From IMG/VR virus record IMGVR_UViG_3300045988_108820, positions 32,529 to 96,528 of that record: a DNA stretch of 64,000 nt; one strand, 5' to 3'. Under the pieces are notes generated by a model. The model was not told where the DNA came from, did not search any database, and saw only the letters and a program-made list of their open reading frames with translations. Position 1 is the first letter of the stretch. Every line of letters starts with the position of its first letter. This stretch comes from a virus. A program made the translations under genes and the position numbers. Positions 12,838 to 22,141 of the stretch are shown here, in pieces.

Positions 12838-15246
12838 ATGAGTGAATTTTTGCAATTTCCACCTCAGCAACTTCCTATGAGTAAGAAGACAAAGAAATGG
12901 AGAAAGCAGATTCTTGATTGGGGTTCTAATAGGGCTACTATCAGTAGTTCATTAGTTAGGAAAAGTGTAATACATAAAAAGATTAATTATGATCTACTCA
13001 ATGGTATAATACACCTTAATGATATGATGACTATAATTAATCCAGATAATATACAAGCACAGTTTATTCCTAATAAAATTCAACATTACCCTATTATGAA
13101 TTCTAAACTCAATGTCTTGAGAGGTGAAGAGTCTAAAAGGGTCTTTGACTTTAGAGTTGTTATCACCAACCCTAATTCCATCTCAGAAATTGAGAATAAT
13201 AAGAAGCAAGCTTTACTCCAAGATATACAACAAGCAGTTGCTGATGAGTCACAATCAGAGGAAGAATTTAATGCTAGATTAGAGAAACTGAATGATTATT
13301 ATACATTTGAATGGCAAGATATGAGAGAAGTAAGAGCCAATGCTTTACTTAATCATTATGCTAAGGAGTATAATATGCCCCTTATATTTAATAAGGGATT
13401 CATGGATGCTATGACAGTTGCTGAAGAAATTTATCAATGTGATATTGTAGGAGGTGAACCTGTTATTGAAAAGCTTAATCCAAATAAAGTTAGAATTTAT
13501 AAATCAGGATATTCTAATAGAATAGAAGATGCTGATGTTATTGTAGTGGAAGACTACTGGAGTCCTGGCAGAATAATTGATACCTATTATGATGTATTAT
13601 CTAATAAAGATAGAGAATATATAGAAAATTTACCAGATTCTACAGGAGAAAGTGGAAGTGAATCTACTTACTTTTCTAACCCTAGAAATGAATTTATTAG
13701 GGTAGAAGATACATCACTTGGAGATGCTGTCTATAAAGATGGTTTCTTCTGGTCTCCAACAGGAGAAGGAAATAGTTCCATGAATTCTATGTTACCTTAT
13801 GATATAGAAGGTAATATCAGAGTAGTTAGAATGTTTTGGAAATCTAGAAGGAGAATTAAGAAAATTAAATATTATGATGAGAATGGTGAAGAACAGTTTA
13901 AGTTTAGAGATGAAAACTATGTAGTCAACACTGATTTAGGAGAAGAAGAACAAATACTTTATGTTAATGAAGCTTGGGAAGGTACTAAGATAGGTGAAGA
14001 TATCTATGTTAATATGAGACCAAGAGTAGTTCAATATAATAGATTAAGTAATCCTTCAAGATGTCACTTTGGTATCATAGGTTCTATTTATAATCTTAAT
14101 GACGATAGACCTTTTTCATTAGTGGATATGATGAAACCTTTTAACTATCTCTATGATGCTATCCATGATAGATTAAATAAGTTATTAGCTAAAAACTGGG
14201 GTAGAATAGTAACTCTAGATTTAGCTAAAGTTCCTACTGGATGGGATGTAGAGAAATGGCTCTATTTTGCAAAGACAAATAACATTGCAGTAGTAGATAG
14301 TTTCAAAGAAGGTAATATTGGTGCAGCTACAGGTAAGTTAGCTGGTGCTATGAATAATGCTTCTAGTGGAGTTATTGATGCTGAGCTTGGTAATTCTATA
14401 CAACAGAATATTAATTTACTTGAGTTTATCAAGATGGAAATGTCTGATGTAGCAGGTATTTCTAAGCAAAGAGAAGGTCAGATTTCAAATAGAGAAACTG
14501 TAGGTGGTGTAGAAAGAGCTACATTACAATCTTCACATATTACTGAGTGGCTATTTGTAATCCATGAGGATGTTAAGAAAAGGGCTTTAGAGTGCTTTCT
14601 TGAGACAGCTAAGATAGCTCTTAGAGGTAGAAGTAAGAAGTTCCAATATATTCTTTCTGATGGCTCTATGAAGGTTATGGATATTGATGGTGATGAATTT
14701 GCTGAGGCTGATTATGGTCTTGTGGTTGATAATAGTAATGCTATACAAGAGTTACAACAAAAGATGGATATGCTAGCTCAGGCAGCCCTACAAAATCAAA
14801 CATTAAATTTCTCTACTATTATGAAACTATATAATAGTTGTTCTATGGCTGAGAAGCAGAGAATAGTTGAAAGAAATGAACAAGAACTGATACAAAGACA
14901 GCAAGAAGCACAACAGCAACAGCTTCAACAGCAGCAACAACAAGCTGAAATGGAAGCCCAAGCTAAGGAACAAGAGATGCAGTTGAAAGATACAATGAAT
15001 CAAAGGGATAATGAAACTAAGATTCTAGTAGCTACAATATCTGCTAACTCAAATCAAGAAAGTGATGATGGTGTTCAAGAACAACCATTTTCAGAGGAAG
15101 CTAGAGCTAATCTACTTGAGAAGATGAGACAATTTGATCAAAAAATGAAATTAGATAGAGAAAAACTAGAATTGGATAAATATAAGTCTAGAGAGGATAT
15201 TAGACTAAAAGAAAAATCATTAAATAAGAAAACTAATATTAAATAA
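12838..15246 (+). CDS. putative portal protein (802 aa)
   Basis: Large ORF directly downstream of terL, as in the crAss-like gene order. Its size fits, and it has a Q-rich coiled C-terminus (QQQQLQQQQQQ). No motif check is possible by eye. Confidence 0.6.
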   Translation: MSEFLQFPPQQLPMSKKTKKWRKQILDWGSNRATISSSLVRKSVIHKKINYDLLNGIIHLNDMMTIINPDNIQAQFIPNKIQHYPIMNSKLNVLRGEESKRVFDFRVVITNPNSISEIENNKKQALLQDIQQAVADESQSEEEFNARLEKLNDYYTFEWQDMREVRANALLNHYAKEYNMPLIFNKGFMDAMTVAEEIYQCDIVGGEPVIEKLNPNKVRIYKSGYSNRIEDADVIVVEDYWSPGRIIDTYYDVLSNKDREYIENLPDSTGESGSESTYFSNPRNEFIRVEDTSLGDAVYKDGFFWSPTGEGNSSMNSMLPYDIEGNIRVVRMFWKSRRRIKKIKYYDENGEEQFKFRDENYVVNTDLGEEEQILYVNEAWEGTKIGEDIYVNMRPRVVQYNRLSNPSRCHFGIIGSIYNLNDDRPFSLVDMMKPFNYLYDAIHDRLNKLLAKNWGRIVTLDLAKVPTGWDVEKWLYFAKTNNIAVVDSFKEGNIGAATGKLAGAMNNASSGVIDAELGNSIQQNINLLEFIKMEMSDVAGISKQREGQISNRETVGGVERATLQSSHITEWLFVIHEDVKKRALECFLETAKIALRGRSKKFQYILSDGSMKVMDIDGDEFAEADYGLVVDNSNAIQELQQKMDMLAQAALQNQTLNFSTIMKLYNSCSMAEKQRIVERNEQELIQRQQEAQQQQLQQQQQQAEMEAQAKEQEMQLKDTMNQRDNETKILVATISANSNQESDDGVQEQPFSEEARANLLEKMRQFDQKMKLDREKLELDKYKSREDIRLKEKSLNKKTNIK

Positions 15247-15247
15247 T

Positions 15248-15871
15248 ATGAGAAAATTTGCAGGAATTATTGAATCTACAACAGTAGCTCCTCCTACTAA
15301 TTGTTTATGGATTAAAGGTAATGATGCTTTATATTTTACTAATGGTAAATGGGTATCTCTTTTAGCTGAAGACAGTGCAGATAGAATAGAGCTTGAAACT
15401 AAAGTAGATGATTTAGATAAAGAGGTTGGACAAATTAAGAAAGATTTATCTGTTTTTGGTTCAGAACAGGGTGTAGTAGAATTAGCTATAGGCAATACTC
15501 CAGAAATAAAGGCAGCTAACTTAGATAAATTAAAGACTATTCAATCTAATGACCATACATTTTTCACTGATATTAACTATGGTTATGGTACTGCATCTTG
15601 GTTACCTACTACAGGAGGTAATGCTCTTATTATAACTAACGAAGGTCATGCAGTTAAATATTCTATAGCTGCTGATGGTGAAGTTACTAAATTAAGTGAA
15701 TTTACTTTAGGGGAATATACTTTACCTAAAGCTACTAAAACTACATTGGGAGGTATTAAAGCTATTATTAATGTAGCTAATCTGGCTGAGGATGCTACTA
15801 TTGCACAAGTTGTAGGAGCAGTTAATACATTATTAGGACAATTTAGAAATTGTGGTTTAATACAATTGTAA
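15248..15871 (+). CDS. tail-fibre-like / virion appendage protein (207 aa)
   Basis: Adjacent to the portal. LPKATKTTLGGIKA resembles the A-T-x-x-x-x-G-h-h-x-h-A motif of phage fibre proteins. The N-terminal LWIKGNDALYFTNGKWVSL echoes the C-terminal motif of the next gene. Confidence 0.45.
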   Translation: MRKFAGIIESTTVAPPTNCLWIKGNDALYFTNGKWVSLLAEDSADRIELETKVDDLDKEVGQIKKDLSVFGSEQGVVELAIGNTPEIKAANLDKLKTIQSNDHTFFTDINYGYGTASWLPTTGGNALIITNEGHAVKYSIAADGEVTKLSEFTLGEYTLPKATKTTLGGIKAIINVANLAEDATIAQVVGAVNTLLGQFRNCGLIQL

Positions 15872-15875
15872 TATT

Positions 15876-18800
15876 ATGTTTTTTACTAGAGAAGATATAG
15901 AAAAAATTCACCAAGGCTTATTAAGATCTGGTATTAAAGACAGTGAATTACCAGAAACTATTAATGTTAATAGTGATGATACTTTAGCTGTGGTTCAAGA
16001 TGGTAAAAATAAAAAGATTAATATTGAAGAATTCCTTAATAATATATCTCTTTTTAAGAAAGAAGGCTTTATCAATATTACTGATAGATTTAACAAACAT
16101 TCAATGTCATTAATGGAGGCTATTCAAACTGTACCAACTCATCAGAGAATAGATGGTTTGGTTATTACATTTGAGGATATTAATGGAGATTGGAGAATCT
16201 ATCAGTTTAGAGGAGATGCAGTAGATTTCTTTGCTGAAAATAAATGGACTGATTTATATGACTATACTAATTATATAGTAAAATCTATTACTCCAGATGA
16301 AGAAGATTTAACAGTATCTAAACCTGATAAAAATGGTAATGCTATAGTATCTTTAAAGGATAGAGCTTATGATGAACCAAACTTTAGTGGGAAAGGTTAT
16401 ACGATACTTAGAAAGAATATTCAAACAATAGATGGGGTTAGAGGGAATATTCTTACTGACGATATGATAGATGAATTTAATACTATATATGAAATTAGAT
16501 ATGACTTTGATTTAAATGGTAAGGAGATTACTATACCAAGAAATTGTGTATTAAAATTCAATGGAGGTAGTTTAAACAATGGTATTATAAATGGAAATTA
16601 TGCAGAAATAGAAGCTGAAGCCTTAGATAATGTTCTTATTAATATAAAATACACTTCTCCTGTAAATTTTAATAAACTCTATACTTATTATATTATTCCT
16701 AAAGTATGGGGTATTATTGAGGGATACATAGAGAAGGGAGAAGATGGACATTATACAGAAGAACAATATGATATAATGTATAATAATGGAGTAGGATTTA
16801 CTAAAGCTATTGAATATGCCTCTAATAAGGGATTTAATAAAGTAGTATTTCCTAAAGGTAAATATTGTTTTACACCATTTGACTCTGTTGTTAAATTTAG
16901 AAATTCTAACAGTATTTGGATTCATGATTTATATAATTTTGATATAGATTTAAATAGTTCAGAATTATATTTTCTAATAGATAGTACACAAAAAAGTAAA
17001 TATGTTACTTTCAATTATGGTTCCATTTATGACATAAGAGGTAATTTAATAGGAATTACTACTTGCGAAAATCTTAATATTCATAATGGAGTTATAATAG
17101 GAGATAGGCTTATTAGAACTTATACTAATAAAAATGAAAAAGGGGTTGAACAAACTTATGGTATAGTAGTAAGTGGCATTAATATTAATATTAAAATAAA
17201 TGATATTGATGTTAGTAACTTTATGGGGGATGGTATTGCAGCCTTTATGAATAATATGGTACAAGTAGATTATAAAGTAAATACTCTATCTAAGAGTACT
17301 GACAACTTACTTAGGAAAAAGTCTGAGAAACTGTATTATATTCTGAATGGTCAAATTGCTACCAATATTAATTTAACATTTAAACAAGTAGGTTCTTCAA
17401 TTACTGATTTTATAGATACAGATTCCTTAATTACTAATAATTATTTGAAACATAACCTGCTTAAAAGATATAGGAAGTCTTTTAGACTTGCTGGTAATGG
17501 AGGTTATACAAGATTAGCTAATTGCTATTGCCCTAATATAGATGTACTCGTATATGATAGTAATGCGGAAGATGCTAAAGTTATTAGAATTATCCCGTGC
17601 TCTTTTCTTGAAGATTTTCAATTATATGAATATGAAAGATATATAAAATTACAGTTTATAAAAGATTTCGATATTCCTGATGAAGGAATTACAAGTAATC
17701 TTGTGGTTACTGTGAAAGGAGCTGATGGATTAACTATTAAAAATTGTTATATTCACAATAATCATAGAGGAAATTTTACTGGAAGTATAAATAATACTAC
17801 TATTAGAAAATGTATATTTGAAAAAGCTCTTACTTACAATCAAGATGTAGGTATTATAGATTACCCAGATAGTACTAATTATCATATAGATATTGAAGAT
17901 TCTTTTTGTCGTAAAGTTACTATACATGATTGTGATTTTATAGGAATTGCTAAAGCAGAATTACTTTTCGGATGCTATGATTTATCTTTTTATAATAATA
18001 GATGTAATCAGATGCCGACTATTTATAATAATATTAGTACTAATATTTATAATAATATATTTAAAAAAGGATCAATCTTTGGGTTAGGTGTAAAAATATT
18101 TACAGAGGGAACTATAGGTGGAAGAAATAAATTACAAAGGTGTATTAATATACATGATAACTATATATATAGTTTAAACTTAAACACTGTATCATTGGAT
18201 TTTATAAAAAACACAACTGTGTTATTTAACAATAACACGGGAGTTGTAAAAAGCTTTACTACTTATAACTTTAGTTCAACGGTAGAATCAGTTGCAAAAT
18301 ATATATTAGAAAATAATAATTTTATAGCTACAAATAATTATTTTTTCTTCTGTGACGATAACTATACAACTATCATTACTCTTGGAAAGTGGGTAAATAA
18401 TTTCTTTCTTAATAAGTTTGGAAATTTTGATAGGTATCAGTTTATAATAACTGCTGGGGATTTTATTGACAATGTTGTTGACCTTACAGATTGTAGGATA
18501 AAATTAGGAGAATTTAGAAACAATACAATTACAAGACAAAAGTTCATTGGTTATTCTGAACTAGTAAGAAACGCTGAAAATGACTATATGTATAAAAGTT
18601 TTAGTAACCTTGTTATAAAAAATTTACAGATAGACCCTCAGAGTAATATACCTAGTAACTCTGTTATAGAATTTATAGACTGTGATATTACAATAAGTAT
18701 TGATTATACATATCTACTAAGAAATGATAATACAACCCTTATATTTAATAGATGTAATTTCAATACAGATAAATCTTATATTGTTAGAAATAGTATAAAG

Positions 18801-19034
18801 AAAGATGTAAACTGTAGATTAATTTTAAAAGATTGTACTCTTAATAATAAACCATGGTCTACTGATGTAGTATTTGTATCAGGTGAGAAAAATCCAGTAT
18901 GTATAAAAAGAGGGTCTTCTACTCAAAGACCTTTATATGCAGAAGATGACTTCTTATATTATGATACTACTTTAAAAAAGTATATAAGATGGAATGGAGA
19001 AGAGTGGGTTAATTCTGATGGAACAACATTATAA
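15876..19034 (+). CDS. tailspike / tail fibre with predicted parallel beta-helix (depolymerase-like) domain (1052 aa)
   Basis: Repeated N/I/V-rich rungs: NLNIHNGVIIGD, INDIDVSNFMGDGIAA, LTIKNCYIHNNHRGN, TIRKCIFEKA, VTIHDCDFIG. The C-terminal FLYYDTTLKKYIRWNGEEWVNSDG motif is common at fibre tips. Confidence 0.6.
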   Translation: MFFTREDIEKIHQGLLRSGIKDSELPETINVNSDDTLAVVQDGKNKKINIEEFLNNISLFKKEGFINITDRFNKHSMSLMEAIQTVPTHQRIDGLVITFEDINGDWRIYQFRGDAVDFFAENKWTDLYDYTNYIVKSITPDEEDLTVSKPDKNGNAIVSLKDRAYDEPNFSGKGYTILRKNIQTIDGVRGNILTDDMIDEFNTIYEIRYDFDLNGKEITIPRNCVLKFNGGSLNNGIINGNYAEIEAEALDNVLINIKYTSPVNFNKLYTYYIIPKVWGIIEGYIEKGEDGHYTEEQYDIMYNNGVGFTKAIEYASNKGFNKVVFPKGKYCFTPFDSVVKFRNSNSIWIHDLYNFDIDLNSSELYFLIDSTQKSKYVTFNYGSIYDIRGNLIGITTCENLNIHNGVIIGDRLIRTYTNKNEKGVEQTYGIVVSGININIKINDIDVSNFMGDGIAAFMNNMVQVDYKVNTLSKSTDNLLRKKSEKLYYILNGQIATNINLTFKQVGSSITDFIDTDSLITNNYLKHNLLKRYRKSFRLAGNGGYTRLANCYCPNIDVLVYDSNAEDAKVIRIIPCSFLEDFQLYEYERYIKLQFIKDFDIPDEGITSNLVVTVKGADGLTIKNCYIHNNHRGNFTGSINNTTIRKCIFEKALTYNQDVGIIDYPDSTNYHIDIEDSFCRKVTIHDCDFIGIAKAELLFGCYDLSFYNNRCNQMPTIYNNISTNIYNNIFKKGSIFGLGVKIFTEGTIGGRNKLQRCINIHDNYIYSLNLNTVSLDFIKNTTVLFNNNTGVVKSFTTYNFSSTVESVAKYILENNNFIATNNYFFFCDDNYTTIITLGKWVNNFFLNKFGNFDRYQFIITAGDFIDNVVDLTDCRIKLGEFRNNTITRQKFIGYSELVRNAENDYMYKSFSNLVIKNLQIDPQSNIPSNSVIEFIDCDITISIDYTYLLRNDNTTLIFNRCNFNTDKSYIVRNSIKKDVNCRLILKDCTLNNKPWSTDVVFVSGEKNPVCIKRGSSTQRPLYAEDDFLYYDTTLKKYIRWNGEEWVNSDGTTL

Positions 19035-19283
19035 TATATAGATTTAAGAAATTATGTTTAAAAGCTTAAATTATAAATATAATAAAATGAATAGAAGAAA
19101 AGTATAGTAGAAAGGCAGTTTGAACCTATAAATTTGACTTAATTAATTATACTAACAATATTATTCTGTCAGGAGTTAAGTCAAGAGAAGACATAACTAA
19201 GTACAAAGACTATCTTGACAAAGTGAAAATAAAAGAAAAAAGTACCAAAAGTTCTTGGTAAATAAATATAATCTACTTACACT

Positions 19284-19315
19284 CTTGTGTAAGTGGATTA
19301 TTTATTATATATTTG
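19284..19315 (+). promoter_or_regulatory. Bacteroidota-type promoter (CTTG-N20-TATATTTG)
   Basis: CTTG at 19284-19287 and TATATTTG at 19308-19315. The ATG at 19320 follows after only 4 nt, which would give a near-leaderless mRNA. Confidence 0.5.
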
Positions 19316-19319
19316 CAGT

Positions 19320-19712
19320 ATGAAAAGATTAGTATTTATTGTAATAACTATCTTATTATTTTCAGCATGTAGAACCATTACAAAAACTATAGAAGTTCCT
19401 GTTGAAATACCTGTAGAAGTTGTAAAGAAGGAATATATACATGATACTAAAATAGATAGTATATATATCAGAGATAGTATTGATAGATGGCAAAAAGGTG
19501 ATACCTTATATATTACTAAATGGCATACAAAGTTCAAGTATATAAATAAGGTAGATACTATAGTTAAGACTGACTCTATTCCAAAGATAGTGCCAGTAGT
19601 GAAGGAAGTAGAAGTAAACCACATCTATTGGTGGCAAAAGACCTTAATGTGGGCAGGGGGTATATTATCAATTTGTATAATAATCTCTTTAATTTATAAT
19701 TTTAAAAAATAA
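19320..19712 (+). CDS. lipoprotein with C-terminal TM anchor (130 aa), unimolecular-spanin-like
   Basis: The ORF-track start at 19293 is GTG. The ATG at 19320 gives MKRLVFIVITILLFSAC (signal peptide plus lipobox-like FSAC). A C-terminal TM segment LMWAGGILSICIIISLIY is present. Confidence 0.55.
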   Translation: MKRLVFIVITILLFSACRTITKTIEVPVEIPVEVVKKEYIHDTKIDSIYIRDSIDRWQKGDTLYITKWHTKFKYINKVDTIVKTDSIPKIVPVVKEVEVNHIYWWQKTLMWAGGILSICIIISLIYNFKK

Positions 19713-20083
19713 TGATTGATGTTGATATATTAATAACAGGAGGAGTTGGATTAGTAACAAGTGCAGTTTCTAGTTGGACAGCTTGGTTTTTTGCAAGAAA
19801 GAAATATAATTCAGAGGTAGATTTAAATCTTGTAGAAAAGATGGAGAAGTCATTAGAATTTTATAGAAATCTTTCAGATGATAATAAAGCAAGACTTGAA
19901 GAGATAACAGAGAGGAATAATGAACTTGAGAAAGAAGTTGCAGAATTAAGGAAGCAAGTTCTTAATCTTACTATGAATATATGTATGGATTTAACTTGTT
20001 CTCACAGAATTAAAGAAATAACTAAGAGAAATGGGAAAAATAAAAGTAGGCTCGATGAAACAACTAGCCCTAGTAGAGGGTGA
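19712..20083 (+). CDS. N-terminal TM plus coiled-coil protein (123 aa), holin or i-spanin-like
   Basis: TM segment ILITGGVGLVTSAVSSWTAWFF followed by a coiled region (ARLEEITERNNELEKEVAELRKQVLNL). Its start overlaps the upstream stop. Confidence 0.5.
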   Translation: MIDVDILITGGVGLVTSAVSSWTAWFFARKKYNSEVDLNLVEKMEKSLEFYRNLSDDNKARLEEITERNNELEKEVAELRKQVLNLTMNICMDLTCSHRIKEITKRNGKNKSRLDETTSPSRG

Positions 20084-20231
20084 TATTAATTTATTATCTA
20101 AGAATGAAGTTTTAATCTCAAGAGAAGAAGGATATACAATTCTTAGGAAGAAATTAGACTCTGGGAATATAGAAACATTTGTAATAGTACCATTAAAAGA
20201 TTTTAATAGAAATGGAGATAGTAGTAGATAG
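20031..20231 (+). CDS. hypothetical protein (66 aa; alternative start at 20055)
   Basis: ORF-track frame that overlaps both neighbours. Confidence 0.4.
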   Translation: MGKIKVGSMKQLALVEGDINLLSKNEVLISREEGYTILRKKLDSGNIETFVIVPLKDFNRNGDSSR

Positions 20232-20691
20232 AAGATTTAAGAAACCCACTTATACAATAAGTAATCTAACTATTAATGGTAAGTGGTTCTGTAATGTAAT
20301 AGAAGATACTGATAGAGACTTGGACAATACAATGTCTCCTTCATATATTAGAAAGGTAAAGGATGTAAATGGGAATGGATTAAATGATGATTCTATTACA
20401 GCTATTCCAAGAGGTACTTATAAAGTTACACTTGATGTAGTATCTCCAAAGTTTAACAAAAAGGAGTATTATAGAAAATATTGTGGAGGAAAGGTTCCTA
20501 GAATACTTAATGTTCCTGGTTTTGATGGTATATTAATGCATTGTGGGTCTAGTGCCAAAAGCAGTGCTGGTTGTCTAATCTTAGGTTATAATAAGATTAA
20601 AGGGGGAGTAGTAGATTCCCAAAAGGCTTTTGAATTAGTGTATAGAGAGTTAATGAAAGATAAAAATAATCTAACAATTAAAATCTTATAA
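20212..20691 (+). CDS. putative cell-wall-active enzyme (159 aa), His/Cys motif, candidate endolysin
   Basis: IPRGTYKV...PRILNVPGFDGILMHCGSSAKSSAGCLILG has a conserved His followed by S-x-G-C, reminiscent of the L,D-transpeptidase (YkuD)-type active site. Membrane and spanin-like genes flank it. The fold is not verified. Confidence 0.4.
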   Translation: MEIVVDRRFKKPTYTISNLTINGKWFCNVIEDTDRDLDNTMSPSYIRKVKDVNGNGLNDDSITAIPRGTYKVTLDVVSPKFNKKEYYRKYCGGKVPRILNVPGFDGILMHCGSSAKSSAGCLILGYNKIKGGVVDSQKAFELVYRELMKDKNNLTIKIL

Positions 20692-20763
20692 TTATGGCTA
20701 AAAGTGGTAAGAAGAGACCAAAACCAATGTCTCCTAAAGCAGGAGTGGGTAAAGGAACTAAAT

Positions 20764-21156
20764 ATGGTTGTGGTGGAAAAATTAAGAAGAAGTAGTTTCC
20801 ATAAGCTATTACTGTTAGTGTTGAAATATATACCAATGGTAATAGCTTTATGCTATATGCTTAATACAATACTTTATATAGAACCATTAAGTAATATAGC
20901 AGGAGTGTCTCTATTAACATGGATATTCTTATATTTAGTTTCTATTGCATTTGAGTTTTGCTCTTATCATAGAATGTTTCTTTGGTATATTCTAATAGAT
21001 GACATATTAAATATAACTGATTACTATTGGAATATACCAATTAGCACTGATAATTTAATCAGAATACATAATATATTAGCAGGAATAACATTATTTGTAG
21101 TATTAGTTCTTTATGTTAAAAGTAATAAAATCACTATTAGAAAGAATAATAAATGA
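20764..21156 (+). CDS. multi-pass membrane protein (130 aa), holin candidate
   Basis: The ORF-track start at 20704 is GTG and the first ATG is at 20764. It has three or four hydrophobic segments (LLLLVLKYIPMVIALCYML, VSLLTWIFLYLVSIAF, ILAGITLFVVLVLYV). Confidence 0.5.
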   Translation: MVVVEKLRRSSFHKLLLLVLKYIPMVIALCYMLNTILYIEPLSNIAGVSLLTWIFLYLVSIAFEFCSYHRMFLWYILIDDILNITDYYWNIPISTDNLIRIHNILAGITLFVVLVLYVKSNKITIRKNNK

Positions 21157-21442
21157 TATAGATTGTGGTAATAGTAATATCACAGAAGATGAAGCTATGG
21201 AAATAATAAAAGTTATTAAGTCTTACACAGATAAGACTCAGAAACTTAGTAAATGCCAAGCATGTCAGAAACTTAATGTGAGTAGGGCTACCTTTGATAA
21301 TTTAGTTAGAGAAGGTATTATACCTAGAGGAGAAAAGGTTATGGGTTTTAAAGAATTATTTTGGGAAGAAAGGACTCTAGATGAAGTAATAAAGAGTAGA
21401 AGAAATGGTAACAAAGAAAACAATCAAAGTTCCAATCTATGA
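21113..21442 (+). CDS. helix-turn-helix DNA-binding protein (109 aa)
   Basis: LSKCQACQKLNVSRATFDNLVREGIIPRG is a typical excisionase/MerR-like HTH segment. Confidence 0.5.
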   Translation: MLKVIKSLLERIINDIDCGNSNITEDEAMEIIKVIKSYTDKTQKLSKCQACQKLNVSRATFDNLVREGIIPRGEKVMGFKELFWEERTLDEVIKSRRNGNKENNQSSNL

Positions 21443-21743
21443 TTATAGAGTAATTATCATAGTAGTAGATACTTGGGAAGAAGCACATGAACTCTATCCA
21501 AGTATAAAATGTAAAACAAGAGCCTGTGTGCTTGAAGGCCCAGACTATTCTATTATAGCTGTTCCACCTCATAAGACTAATTTAATAGTCCATGAATGTG
21601 TTCATTTAAAAAACTGCATTTGGAATTACATAGGATATAAACCAGAAGCAAATAATGATGAAGTAGATGCTTATTTAGTAGAATATCTATTTGACCAAGT
21701 ATCAAAAGTTGTAGCTAAACATAACTTAGAAACTCAATGCTAA
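21405..21743 (+). CDS. small HExxH metalloprotease-like protein (112 aa)
   Basis: It carries the HECVH motif (IVHECVHLKN) with downstream acidic residues (NDEVDAYLVEY). It overlaps the HTH gene by 38 nt. Confidence 0.45.
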   Translation: MVTKKTIKVPIYDYRVIIIVVDTWEEAHELYPSIKCKTRACVLEGPDYSIIAVPPHKTNLIVHECVHLKNCIWNYIGYKPEANNDEVDAYLVEYLFDQVSKVVAKHNLETQC

Positions 21744-21756
21744 ATATATAATTTAT

Positions 21757-21793
21757 AACACTCTTAAAGTTAATGCTTTAGGAGTGTTTTTTT
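21757..21793 (+). terminator. rho-independent terminator
   Basis: AACACTCTTAAAG (21757-21769) pairs with CTTTAGGAGTGTT (21776-21788) with one wobble, followed by TTTTT. Confidence 0.65.
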
Positions 21794-21906
21794 ATTCATT
21801 AGTATCATTATGTTTCTTGATAAAGTTTATATACCTTTGCTTTGTAAGCTTACAAAAAATAAATATTTTATAAACTATCAATTGAGAAACATTATGGAGA
21901 AAACTT

Positions 21907-22083
21907 ATGTTTTTGACACAGCTGAAGTTCATCAATACATTTGAGCATGAAAAGAACCACTTGGAGATGCACATCTGTGAGGCATTAGATATTAATCCTT
22001 ATTCAGAGGAAGCTGCACACTTGAGTGGTGACTTAGCTCAATTAATTCTTGAAGAAGCCTTATATTCTATTGTGGAACTTTAG
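21907..22083 (+). CDS. small hypothetical protein (58 aa)
   Basis: Not in the ORF track (below the cut-off). Sequence MFLTQLKFINTFEHEKNHLEMHICEALDINPYSEEAAHLSGDLAQLILEEALYSIVEL. A perfect terminator hairpin follows directly. The antisense ORF 21792..21974 is rejected. Confidence 0.45.
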   Translation: MFLTQLKFINTFEHEKNHLEMHICEALDINPYSEEAAHLSGDLAQLILEEALYSIVEL

Positions 22084-22085
22084 TA

Positions 22086-22113
22086 AAAAGGAGTACTTGT
22101 TAGTACTCCTTTT
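22086..22113 (+). terminator. rho-independent terminator
   Basis: AAAGGAGTACT (22087-22097), loop TGTT, AGTACTCCTTT (22102-22112), with a T-rich tail. Confidence 0.65.
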
Positions 22114-22141
22114 GCTATATTATAAATAACTTTATTATATA

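Noticed and set aside
15220-15495. Minus-strand 91-aa ORF
   Set aside because: It is antisense across the junction of the portal and fibre genes.
16623-17927. Three minus-strand ORFs (100, 72 and 65 aa) inside the tailspike gene
   Set aside because: They are AT-rich antisense frames with I/N/F/Y-rich low-complexity products.
19035-19292. Possible gene or template repeat in the 255-nt gap after the tailspike gene
   Set aside because: It contains only a stop-free stretch with no ATG and a weak hairpin (19273-19296) that overlaps the next promoter. Nothing there is supportable beyond regulatory spacer.
19298-19624. Minus-strand 108-aa ORF
   Set aside because: It is antisense to the spanin-like lipoprotein gene, which has a promoter and signal-peptide logic.
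21348-21974. Minus-strand ORFs 21348..21572 and 21792..21974
   Set aside because: They are antisense to the plus-strand HTH and HExxH genes and to the small 21907..22083 gene with its terminator.
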